Of a stretch of DNA of 64,000 nt, positions 49,390 through 58,871 are shown piece by piece. The DNA lies in assembly GCA_000002435.2 (NCBI GenBank), contig CM018789.1. The stretch is one strand, 5' to 3'. The DNA comes from Giardia intestinalis. Its lineage: Eukaryota. Below the pieces are notes generated by a model. That model saw only the letters and a program-made list of their open reading frames with translations, ran no database searches and was not told where the DNA came from. The position numbers and the translations under genes are program-made. Positions within the stretch are counted from its first letter, which is position 1, and each line of letters opens with the position of its first letter.

Positions 49390-50829
49390 TTAATAATATC
49401 TAATATATTCTCTTCTGGCAATAAGGGTTATGTCAGACGGATCTATACTGCAATCATCCTGCCTCTTACTCTTAAAGCTTACTGACTTACAACGTCCCCT
49501 TCCTCTGGACGATTCTGCTGCCAGGTATCCTGTGGTGACAATATCTACTACTCTATTCCTTACATGAGTGTCCGTATTTGTACTATACGTTTTTAAGCGT
49601 GCAGATGTTGATCTGAGGGGCATGGTTTGCTCATCTGCGTCATAGAGTTCTGGCTCATGCTTGGCGTAGTCACAATTAGAGCTTGCATACGGTACACCCG
49701 TATGCATATGCTTTGGACTGTACTCATTAGATACATCTTTATTTTCCACCTCAATGGGAGTATCCTGGCAAGCCTTGATATCTAGCCCAGTTCTATGCAC
49801 TGATGGCAAGACCACATCATTCTCCACTAAGCGTTCATGTATACCCGTTGGGCCGTGCTCTAAAAGTAAGCTCACAGTATCATTTGGTTCCTCATGCCCC
49901 GGGGCTCCAGGCAGTGTATGGTTGGAGCTATTGTCTATTATTTTATCAGCAACACTATTTGTTATGGAATTGTCATATCCATTGCACGGCATTAACTGGA
50001 TACCAATCTCCACAGAAGAAGAAGAAAAAGAAGCCGCTGTAGGCGCTGGTACCTGCCCTGCTTCAGGTTCCACCTTACAGTAGTCGTCAATGTCCTTAAT
50101 AAAGCGTGATATGATGGGAATTGTAACTATTTCATTAAAGGCTATCGGAAGGCCGTCGAGTGGTGCACAAGGTCCTGCAATAATACACATTCGTGTCACC
50201 ATGTCTACTAGTGCATCGGAGTACAGGTTACTCTCAAGAGTAAACTCATACTCGATAAGGTCAAGGATGAGATGGTGGATGCGCTTTGGCGTGTCGGCAA
50301 AAGGGGTAACAGTCATCAGACAAAGCGCAAGTAGTCCGACTGCAAAGAGAACCTTTCCCTCGTCAGTGACGGAGGTACATGCAGAAATGGTGGAGACTGT
50401 TGATGGAATGGTACTAAGATTGATGGTCTCTTGCATCAAAAGAGACACTGCTGTCTGCTCAAAGCACATGATATTTGTGACTTCTGCAATCATGTCGTAT
50501 ACCGTTTGCTCTGGGACAGGTTTTTCTGCGCGGATCCTAATCCCAAACAGGCGGTCAACATCTGCGCAACTTAGCTGAAAGATAAGAAACACCGAGCTCT
50601 TATTCTTGACGATGTTTATCAGTTCCATGTCGTCTATGTCTCGCAGTGCATCTGGGGCTGCATCTCGGTAAGCCTTGAGGGCATCGTCGGTTAGACGTGG
50701 CAAGGCAATCTCACGAGCCAGTAGTAACTCCCCCCGCCGTATGTCAAAGACTTTGTGAAGCACTTGCTGGCCTGGAGAGTGAACGCGCCCGAGGAACAGG
50801 TAGAAGGTCTTGTGGGTCATTTCAAGCAT
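49390..50829 (-). CDS. Hypothetical protein, 479 aa
   Basis: Long ORF filling the interval. No recognisable domain. Confidence 0.45.
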   Translation of the reverse strand: MLEMTHKTFYLFLGRVHSPGQQVLHKVFDIRRGELLLAREIALPRLTDDALKAYRDAAPDALRDIDDMELINIVKNKSSVFLIFQLSCADVDRLFGIRIRAEKPVPEQTVYDMIAEVTNIMCFEQTAVSLLMQETINLSTIPSTVSTISACTSVTDEGKVLFAVGLLALCLMTVTPFADTPKRIHHLILDLIEYEFTLESNLYSDALVDMVTRMCIIAGPCAPLDGLPIAFNEIVTIPIISRFIKDIDDYCKVEPEAGQVPAPTAASFSSSSVEIGIQLMPCNGYDNSITNSVADKIIDNSSNHTLPGAPGHEEPNDTVSLLLEHGPTGIHERLVENDVVLPSVHRTGLDIKACQDTPIEVENKDVSNEYSPKHMHTGVPYASSNCDYAKHEPELYDADEQTMPLRSTSARLKTYSTNTDTHVRNRVVDIVTTGYLAAESSRGRGRCKSVSFKSKRQDDCSIDPSDITLIARREYIRYY

Positions 50830-50922
50830 GACTTTTTTAGTCTTAGGATTTTATGCCCAGTTTAGAACCCTAGCTCAGAGCAACTGGCAGCGAAAGTATC
50901 AAGTATACAGCGAGTGACCACT

Positions 50923-53900
50923 TTACTCGTTGACTTCAAGGTTGATGCGCTTTGCTGCCATGTCAACATGAAGGCCCAATATATCTAGCTCCTTATCAAC
51001 AACGGTTTGCATGGCCCGGGCCGTACTTGCAGTAACAGAAAGGGTTGACGCATAGAGACTGTCGATCATATCCCCTACCTTTAGTAAAGTATTGGAGAGA
51101 CCGTCGGTACACATTGCAATATAGGTCTGTACTTGCTGCTTAGCAAACGATAACTTGTTTCCTAACTTACCAGATAAACGCATAACAAGCTTGTTATACA
51201 CCGGATGCAAACAAGCCCGTGTCACGGTAGCGCCTGCACCTTGGGAAATGAGCATTCCATTATGCACCAAATCATTTAGTTGATCTATAGCATCCTTACT
51301 AGCTTGATAGTTATAGTGCGCATACTCTTCGACTGTCAAGGCGGGATCCTGTCCCAGGCTCGTGACAGCCTTCTCCTTCATCTTCAATAGCAGCGCCTTA
51401 TGCTCGTCAGAAGGTCCGGCTAAGCTCTTCGCTAGTGCATAGAGAGGCTCTAAGGCAGCGGCATAGCCTTCGTGTGGCTTCTGATTCTTTTGCTGCACGT
51501 GCTCCTGAAGACAGCTTGTACTGACGATTAACACAGGTGGAGCTACTCGTCCGAAAGTCTTCAATTGAGAGAGCTGTTGTCCAACCATTGCGGAAGTAAC
51601 CTGCCGTCCATTCAAGAGCGGCTCCAGCTGTTTGTTATATGCCTCCGCAAGGGCTTGTTGCTCCGAGTCTACGGAAAGTGCAGCTAAAAGATCATAGAGC
51701 ATGTTAGTTGACGCATCATATGCAGACAAGGATACCTCGTGCAACGTGAACAGGACAAGGGAAACATAGGCAATGTCGTTCCACATTATATCGTACAGAG
51801 AGGAAACATATTGAAACAACAGAATCCCCAGCGCAATGCCAGCTTCTCTGTCTTTTGTCGTCAGTGGGAGATGCTTGGAAACGACTTCATTATAGTCACC
51901 AAAGGAAAGGACGTCAAGAGACATTTTAGCAGAAAGCCGGAGGTACCGTGTGGTTAGTCCATTAATCAATACGTTCGATCGAGTCTTGGTCTTGAAGACC
52001 TCATCGTTGCATTGTGCAAGACACTTGTCTATGAGCAAAAGGGCGTCTGCCTTAATATTTGGCTGACTCCGTGCTTCTCGATCAATGCTTTTGTAAAAAT
52101 TGAGAAATTCAATGAAGATAGCTTGGGTACGCTCCAGCGAAACATCATAGAAGTTGGTGAGTAGATCTGTTTGTCCAGCAGCCTCGTGAGTCAATATGTC
52201 TGTCATCGCAGATTGAGATATTGTAAGCTTATAAACGGATTGCTCCATAAAGACCTGTCGCTGTTTGTATCCTCTTGTTATATCTTGTAGTGCATTAGAA
52301 AGTGTGCCAGAGAAAAAGCTTTGTGGAAGATTGAATGTGGTCAGGGGATTTAGCGCAACATAGGCAGCATCAGAAGGCGTAGTTTTGGCCTTGTTGCCCT
52401 GTGTTTTTGCGGGAACAGGTTTAGCCTTCTTTAGGTCGGTGGCATCAAGCGGTGGCTCTGGAATCGGGTGGTCCAAGTATTCTGTGCTGGGAGTCTGCAC
52501 TCCTAGCTCCTTTTGATACATTTTTAGAAACTCGGTTGCAAAACTAGACTTCTCGACGCACTTTTGAGCAGTAAAAGCCTTAGACCCTTGTGCATGCGGT
52601 AGCATGGCTTGCAATTCATAGGACGCACTAGAGACACTCTGTTTGCGGTGCTCTATTGCGTGAAGTACATGGTGATAAACTCTATTGCCAACTTCAGCTA
52701 GTTCCTCTGCAAACACACTACCAGACTGACCGTCAGAAAAGGCTGCTAGCGCCTTGTCAAATAGCGGGCCAACATTACAGACACAGAGAACAGAGGGAAC
52801 TAGGGCTTCTTCGTGATCCACATCGTCAGTGAAGCAAATCTCGATTCCATCAGATCTGTGCCTTGAGCGCCGAAACAGTGCATCTGCTTGGATGCATGGC
52901 GGAAGAGAGACACGGGGCTGCAGGTCTCCATATACATGCTGCATCCAGGCAAGTAGGGTGTCCCGTTTTTGCTTGTAAGAAGCTAATTCTATATCCACTC
53001 TATTGACCAGTAGTCTGTTCTCGTAATTGAGCTGGACAAGGTTCCTCACCACTTCGTGCTTGTGTGGTGTCGCATACTGTGGAGGATCAGTCAAAGACTC
53101 TCCATAGACATCAAAAAAGCGATAGGAGAAGAACACCTCCGCTATAGAGGGCTTAAGCTTTCTCTCGTCACTTAAGGGAGAGTCAGTGCCTCTTACTTTG
53201 TGCGGACAGCCTGTACTTAGGCGAACAGCATTCTGCGCAACGGCTCTGCAGAATGCGTCGTACGCTTGTGGATCGACAATAGGATAGCTCTTGATGAAGG
53301 TATCATCTACTGAAAAATGCTCATCGCCCTTCTCGTCTGCCCAAGGAGCAAAGCCAAGGGACGTCGTTGTGTAAACGCTTAAGAGACTGAGATTTGCCTT
53401 GGATACATTTCTTGTCGGAAGATCTGCCCACTGTGCTACTGGTTTAAGAGGTATTTCTACAGGAGCCCGTGTGTAATCATCCCCGAAGAGGACCGAATCC
53501 TTCACAGGGTCCGTATTGAGAACATCAAGAGTGGCCGAGTTCATAAATCCTATGTCACGGACTTCATGTGCAGGTACTTTGAGCCCGGCACTATACACAG
53601 CAAGGTTATCAGCCGATAGATTAAGTCGCCGACTATTGTAGAGAATGCTCTTTGAGGTCCGCGTGCTACGGATAGCAGTCGCGGCAGCACAGTTAGGAGA
53701 GGTATGGGTATGAGTACCAGAGTGCTGAGGGCTAGATGCTTCGGAACCAATCGGGAATTCCTTTCGTACACGCTCACAATCAGGATCAGTGGACTCGTCC
53801 TCATTAGAAGAGTAGTCCATGGAAGTATCTGGTGAAAAGTCACTTCCAGAAGACGTTGAACGATCTTTCCGTTGATGTGAACGACCTACAGCTTGAGTGT

Positions 53901-56900
53901 CAATGGTTAAATATTGTTTTTTGGGATTGTCTGCATCGTCTGTCATACTCTCCTCGTGTTCGTTGATACATGTGGATGTTCTACAGAGCCCAAGGTCTTT
54001 TGATGGCCACTGTACCTCGTTAACTGATAATTCTGTATTGTACGGGTCCCCATGGTCCATGTGATGGCTGGTCAGGTAGGCATCGAATAAGTCATCACAC
54101 TCTACCGGGTGACTTGAAATAAATAGCCTACCATACAACCTTCGACAAATAGCCTCAAAGTTATCATCGTGAAGATAAATTAATGACGTTATGCCAGAGC
54201 GTTTTATAAACACAGGCGTTAAAGACTCAGTCAGGCTCGATGCTGCATGCAAGGCTGGGGTAACATCAACGTTCTGGTCAGAACTAGCTGTAACATGAGA
54301 CGCATACCCATTCAAAAGCCTCTGTAAAGAGTCCCTTGTTAGGCATCCGTTTAGTAAGTCCTCGATAATATCGCTGTCACAAACTGAGTTGGGAAAGCCG
54401 TCAAAGATCAGGCATGTATAATTACTTAGCAAGCTTTGTGTAATAGCCTGAACCAGCATGGAGCGAGCAACAAATCTATTGATCTGATCCACATCTGTCA
54501 CATCAACCGTTAGCTTATCTGAAGCATAATAGTCCTTACCGGAAAGAATAGATTCAACTACGCTAGCCAGATCATCGACTCCATTGTCGACTCTTTCTAT
54601 TTCTTGAAGCTCACTAGACTGGTCGTCAGCTCCTGCAGAAGAGTCCGTAGTAGCAAGAGAAAGCTCACTAGGATGTGTCCTAGACAAGAGACTCTTCCGC
54701 ACCCTTCTCTGAATGGCACGGTATAACATCATATATTGCTCTGGTGTGCGGAGTATGGCTTGAACGTCAGAGGGGATGCTGAAGCGTATGGTTTGTTGGT
54801 GGCTATCCGAAGGCTCGTCAGTAATCTCTCCCTCATTTTGCGAAAAGAGAGACCCGTCACGGCACAGTTCATTTGGTACAAAGATGTTGCCCCCAGACGA
54901 GATGTTGTGCCGAATGGCAGCATGTGCAGAATTGCTGCCTCTCACATCATGAGCCGCAGCATCCTGCGTTACTGCACGGCTAACATTTTGTGAGGAAAGA
55001 GTGTCTGTGTCAATGGGCAACTCATCGCGGAGAGTGCTTCTTCCTGGAGCCCGTTGATGAAGGGACTGGATAGGACTATCGGAGGAGTGATCATGTAGAT
55101 CAGGAACACTGGCACAATTGGCCATGCTGTTACTGTTTAATATCAGACCATCGCTAAGGCTCTTAGGGTTATGGAGAGGATGTGGATAGAATCGTGCCCC
55201 CGGTTGGGCGCCGGTCAATTGTGTATAGAGCAAGTTATTATGAAGGGTAAGGAGGTCGCTCATCAGCTCATCCTCTAAGTATACACTTCGGGAGGAGATA
55301 TCCTTATGTGACTCGTACTTAGAGCTTCGATCGTCGAGGATACGCATAAGCTCCTCATAGAGCGAGCGGTAGATAGTGCAGGCGTCCACTATACCGGTAG
55401 GGATTTTTCGCTCTCCAGACAGGCGTCTTGAGAGCTCTGCCGTGACGAGGGTCTTCCCGGACACCGGGTCGCCAGTGACAAAGACCAGATCAATCTTGTC
55501 AATAAGCATCCTTATATATGCATCGTTGTTCAAATTAGCTAGTAATAGCGTAAAATAGTTGTCGTCTTGTGACACAGCTGGTGGTTTAATTTGCCGAGCC
55601 AATGAGCAGTCTGTCAAGGCAGCATATGGAACGCTGTTCTTGTTAATAAGATAGTTCCGTATGGACATTGTGTCATTGTCAGACTTCCACAGCTCTAGAA
55701 GTACCAGGTCCTGTATCTCCTTTAGAAGCGACTGGCGTGCCCGTACTTCATAGCTGTCATCTACAAATGTACGTAGAAAGCGGAAGTAATTAATTAGGTC
55801 GCCTACAGAAACAAAGTCTATGTTTAGCAAATCTAAGAATGATGAGGTACCATTAGAGTATTCCTCTAATTCTACGCGCGACCCTGGTGGCGTGACAGCC
55901 TTAGATCTAGGCCTTTCTGCAGACCCTTTTTGCTTTACAGAAAGTGGTGAAGACAACGTTGGATTTGCTTGTTCGGAGTGAAAAAGGTCTGTAAGGAGAT
56001 CAACATTATCTAGAGAGCCCTTAGATAGTAGTGAGGAAAACTCAAGGAAGAACGCTGCATTTGCAATAGAAACTTGCGAAAGAGCATTTTGCCCATTAGA
56101 AGCAAGAGATCTTACATACTCGGAAAGTGAAAAGGTTGGATCCATTACAGCGCAGCGCAAAAGCTTCACATCTCTGGAAGGGTCCACGCAGTATTGATAA
56201 AAGTGATAGATATGTTTGAACACGTTAAGAACCTGGTTATAATCTAGATATCCCTCGTCTAGCATGGCGGCAGCATCAATGCTCGGGTCCTTTAGTACCG
56301 CAGCAGGAGTGTGCATAACGGGAGTTTGCGGAGCCTTCTTAGAGGAGGCCGTACTGGACGGCGATCGCTTTGTTGCTGAAGGCGAGCTTCCGCGGGTCGT
56401 CACCTTCGGCGCAATTGTGGCACTCGGCCTCCTTGTACTGGCGGCTGATTTCACAGTGAGCTTCCCAATAATTGCCGCGAAATCGACCAGAGGGCAGGTT
56501 GAAATTTCATGATAGAATGATGAACAGAACAAAACAGATAACTCCGAACTGTATAGATTCGGGCATGTCCTGTACTTCTCATACCTAGACAACAAAGTTG
56601 ACATCGGATGAATCTCCACCGAATCAGATGAGCCTGAAGGCATGCTGGCGCCGCAATTTAGATCGTCCTCTTTGTCTACAACGTTTTTCACCGACTTGAG
56701 TGTCTTGATGTTTGATTGCACAGTGGAGTCGGTAGATGCTTCAGTCACTGAATACATGCTGAGGATGTCGTAGTAGGAAGCAAGATCTGAAAGAAGAGGA
56801 CCTGACCCAACAGAGTCAAGGAGCTTCTCGATGCATTCTGTGAAGAGCTGAAATGACATATGATCTGACTCCTGGAGCGCAGCCGCTTCGGAGGGTTCTT

Positions 56901-57786
56901 TTTCCTGTATCGAACCAGCAACAGGCTGGGTTTCGGGACTGCAATCTTTGTGTGAAGGTGCATCCTGCTTGGTAGGCTCAGTGGAACCCGGTTCTTTGAG
57001 TGATACCGGGTCGACATCAGTACCGACAGGGTTATCTGCAAAAGGACAGTTGGTTTCAGAATCAACGAATTTTGGTCTTAGAAATGGCGCTTTAATGGTT
57101 GATTCAAGGGAGAAGAAGCCAGTGGTTCCACTGTCCCCTGTTCCAGCTGCTTCCAGAGCAATAGAAGCTAAGAGCTTATCAAGAAGAAAGGTGTCGCACT
57201 CTACTGATAGATTCATTCGAAGGAGCGCTGCATAGCTCAGCTCATGCACAGAGCGCTTTGTAAAGCGCAGCATAGAAAGGGTTTCTTGGTCAGAAATGGA
57301 AGTGCAGATATAGTCATGCATCCGTACTTCGCGGTCAACGCGCTGGGCAGTTGTAAGCATGAAGTTACCAAGTTCCGCAGCGGCAGACTCCATTCCATAC
57401 AGGTCGACGTGTTTGCGAAGCGTCAGTCGATAGTCTGTTTCCGCGTCCATATTGGCTGCGGCCTGCTGCACTTGACGCCGTGCTTCGCCGTTATAGAAGG
57501 TAATTCGGGCCTCCTCCTTGCTCTTTCTCATGATGAATCTATTCAAAGATGAGCGCAGGTCCTCTAGACGGACGGAGCTAGTTAGTCGGAGAGGATATTT
57601 ATATTGATAAAACATCACAGGACGGGGGCCATGAAGACTGAACTTGAAGAAGTAGCGAGCATCCTCTGATAAAAGGTCCATGACTCCAGAGTCCGTGGCA
57701 ATGGCTTTAGAAAGATCGTAGGGCCCCACTGGTACTTCGCCACATGGGGCACCATCAGATGAACTAGAAGAGTCAGAGCTGTCCAT
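50923..57786 (-). CDS. Giant lineage-specific protein, about 2287 aa, with one Walker-A P-loop (GDPVSGKT)
   Basis: Continuous 6.9-kb ORF. The track start at 57804 is GTG. The first ATG (MDSSDSSSSS) is at 57786, with an AT-rich element 25-50 nt upstream. P-loop at VFVTGDPVSGKTLVTAEL. Confidence 0.65.
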   Translation of the reverse strand: MDSSDSSSSSDGAPCGEVPVGPYDLSKAIATDSGVMDLLSEDARYFFKFSLHGPRPVMFYQYKYPLRLTSSVRLEDLRSSLNRFIMRKSKEEARITFYNGEARRQVQQAAANMDAETDYRLTLRKHVDLYGMESAAAELGNFMLTTAQRVDREVRMHDYICTSISDQETLSMLRFTKRSVHELSYAALLRMNLSVECDTFLLDKLLASIALEAAGTGDSGTTGFFSLESTIKAPFLRPKFVDSETNCPFADNPVGTDVDPVSLKEPGSTEPTKQDAPSHKDCSPETQPVAGSIQEKEPSEAAALQESDHMSFQLFTECIEKLLDSVGSGPLLSDLASYYDILSMYSVTEASTDSTVQSNIKTLKSVKNVVDKEDDLNCGASMPSGSSDSVEIHPMSTLLSRYEKYRTCPNLYSSELSVLFCSSFYHEISTCPLVDFAAIIGKLTVKSAASTRRPSATIAPKVTTRGSSPSATKRSPSSTASSKKAPQTPVMHTPAAVLKDPSIDAAAMLDEGYLDYNQVLNVFKHIYHFYQYCVDPSRDVKLLRCAVMDPTFSLSEYVRSLASNGQNALSQVSIANAAFFLEFSSLLSKGSLDNVDLLTDLFHSEQANPTLSSPLSVKQKGSAERPRSKAVTPPGSRVELEEYSNGTSSFLDLLNIDFVSVGDLINYFRFLRTFVDDSYEVRARQSLLKEIQDLVLLELWKSDNDTMSIRNYLINKNSVPYAALTDCSLARQIKPPAVSQDDNYFTLLLANLNNDAYIRMLIDKIDLVFVTGDPVSGKTLVTAELSRRLSGERKIPTGIVDACTIYRSLYEELMRILDDRSSKYESHKDISSRSVYLEDELMSDLLTLHNNLLYTQLTGAQPGARFYPHPLHNPKSLSDGLILNSNSMANCASVPDLHDHSSDSPIQSLHQRAPGRSTLRDELPIDTDTLSSQNVSRAVTQDAAAHDVRGSNSAHAAIRHNISSGGNIFVPNELCRDGSLFSQNEGEITDEPSDSHQQTIRFSIPSDVQAILRTPEQYMMLYRAIQRRVRKSLLSRTHPSELSLATTDSSAGADDQSSELQEIERVDNGVDDLASVVESILSGKDYYASDKLTVDVTDVDQINRFVARSMLVQAITQSLLSNYTCLIFDGFPNSVCDSDIIEDLLNGCLTRDSLQRLLNGYASHVTASSDQNVDVTPALHAASSLTESLTPVFIKRSGITSLIYLHDDNFEAICRRLYGRLFISSHPVECDDLFDAYLTSHHMDHGDPYNTELSVNEVQWPSKDLGLCRTSTCINEHEESMTDDADNPKKQYLTIDTQAVGRSHQRKDRSTSSGSDFSPDTSMDYSSNEDESTDPDCERVRKEFPIGSEASSPQHSGTHTHTSPNCAAATAIRSTRTSKSILYNSRRLNLSADNLAVYSAGLKVPAHEVRDIGFMNSATLDVLNTDPVKDSVLFGDDYTRAPVEIPLKPVAQWADLPTRNVSKANLSLLSVYTTTSLGFAPWADEKGDEHFSVDDTFIKSYPIVDPQAYDAFCRAVAQNAVRLSTGCPHKVRGTDSPLSDERKLKPSIAEVFFSYRFFDVYGESLTDPPQYATPHKHEVVRNLVQLNYENRLLVNRVDIELASYKQKRDTLLAWMQHVYGDLQPRVSLPPCIQADALFRRSRHRSDGIEICFTDDVDHEEALVPSVLCVCNVGPLFDKALAAFSDGQSGSVFAEELAEVGNRVYHHVLHAIEHRKQSVSSASYELQAMLPHAQGSKAFTAQKCVEKSSFATEFLKMYQKELGVQTPSTEYLDHPIPEPPLDATDLKKAKPVPAKTQGNKAKTTPSDAAYVALNPLTTFNLPQSFFSGTLSNALQDITRGYKQRQVFMEQSVYKLTISQSAMTDILTHEAAGQTDLLTNFYDVSLERTQAIFIEFLNFYKSIDREARSQPNIKADALLLIDKCLAQCNDEVFKTKTRSNVLINGLTTRYLRLSAKMSLDVLSFGDYNEVVSKHLPLTTKDREAGIALGILLFQYVSSLYDIMWNDIAYVSLVLFTLHEVSLSAYDASTNMLYDLLAALSVDSEQQALAEAYNKQLEPLLNGRQVTSAMVGQQLSQLKTFGRVAPPVLIVSTSCLQEHVQQKNQKPHEGYAAALEPLYALAKSLAGPSDEHKALLLKMKEKAVTSLGQDPALTVEEYAHYNYQASKDAIDQLNDLVHNGMLISQGAGATVTRACLHPVYNKLVMRLSGKLGNKLSFAKQQVQTYIAMCTDGLSNTLLKVGDMIDSLYASTLSVTASTARAMQTVVDKELDILGLHVDMAAKRINLEVNE

Positions 57787-57855
57787 CTGTGGGGAGAGAA
57801 ACACACAGCCTAGTTTCTATTTTTTGAAACCCAATTTACATTAAGGACAGCAGAA

Positions 57856-58863
57856 ATGCAAGCTATAGCTGCGCCCAACGTCGCTTTAATTAAGTATTGG
57901 GGCAAGGGAGACCAGAAAACTAACTCCCCCGCTTCTGGCTCTATCTCTTTCACGCTATCTGCGGAAACTCTATGGGCCAAAACAAAAGTGCTGTCCCGTG
58001 ATGTCTCCAAAGGTACAATTGGTCCGACCATGGAGATAAATGGGACCACTGTTGCGGTTAAGGATTCCCTAGTGCGCCTTCTGGATGGATTCAGTCAATG
58101 TGCACATTTAACGGGCGCCTCTGCTTCCAGTGGTTCGTCTGCCTTGGGGCTTGTAGAAGAATTCTCAAGAGACATCTCCATAGTGTCTCAGACTAATATC
58201 CCCATCGCTAGTGGCATCGCATCTTCAGCTGCCGGTGCAGCCGCACTCGCTCTAGCCCTGAACGAGTACTACCGAACAAACTTCGATAGAAAGATTCTTT
58301 CATGTCTTGCACGGCTATATTCTGGCTCAGGCGCACGCTCTGTGTATCCAGGAGCTGTGGAGATGGTTTGTGACGCCAACGCACACTCTCTGCTCCGCTG
58401 GCACGCAGTCCCCCTTTCCGTTCACCCCTCTTTTCACTCTCTGGAGTGCCTTATACTTCTTTTTTCATCCGCTCCAAAGCCCCTCTCGTCCACAGAAGCC
58501 ATGAATAAATGTGCAGATCATCCATCCCAGAAGGCACGGTTGGTTCGTATTCCCGCTCGTCTTGACCGCTGCAGATCTGCCCTGCAACGTGGGTGCTTCA
58601 ATGACCTGGCTGAAGTGTGTGAAGAGGACTGGAAGTGCATGCATAGCGTTGTGCAGGAGGCGGCAGAAGTGACATATATAACAGAGGATGGGCGTGCCTT
58701 CTCCGACTGGGTCACCACTCAAAGACGCACAGCAGGACTGCAGGCTTTTTGCACATACGATGCAGGCCCCAATTGCATTGTATTTGGATTTCCTGACGAC
58801 CTTAGTAGAATAAGGAAGAGTCAACCACGGTTTCAGTACCTCGCGTGCAAGATTTCTTGGTAA
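57856..58863 (+). CDS. Diphosphomevalonate (mevalonate-5-pyrophosphate) decarboxylase, GHMP-kinase fold, 335 aa
   Basis: The N-terminus APNVALIKYWGKGDQKTNSPASGSISFTL matches the MVD signature (AP.NIA.IKYWGKRD...P.N.S.S.TL). GHMP ATP motif IPIASGIASSAAGAAALALAL. Confidence 0.8.
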   Translation: MQAIAAPNVALIKYWGKGDQKTNSPASGSISFTLSAETLWAKTKVLSRDVSKGTIGPTMEINGTTVAVKDSLVRLLDGFSQCAHLTGASASSGSSALGLVEEFSRDISIVSQTNIPIASGIASSAAGAAALALALNEYYRTNFDRKILSCLARLYSGSGARSVYPGAVEMVCDANAHSLLRWHAVPLSVHPSFHSLECLILLFSSAPKPLSSTEAMNKCADHPSQKARLVRIPARLDRCRSALQRGCFNDLAEVCEEDWKCMHSVVQEAAEVTYITEDGRAFSDWVTTQRRTAGLQAFCTYDAGPNCIVFGFPDDLSRIRKSQPRFQYLACKISW

Positions 58864-58871
58864 ACAAATAA

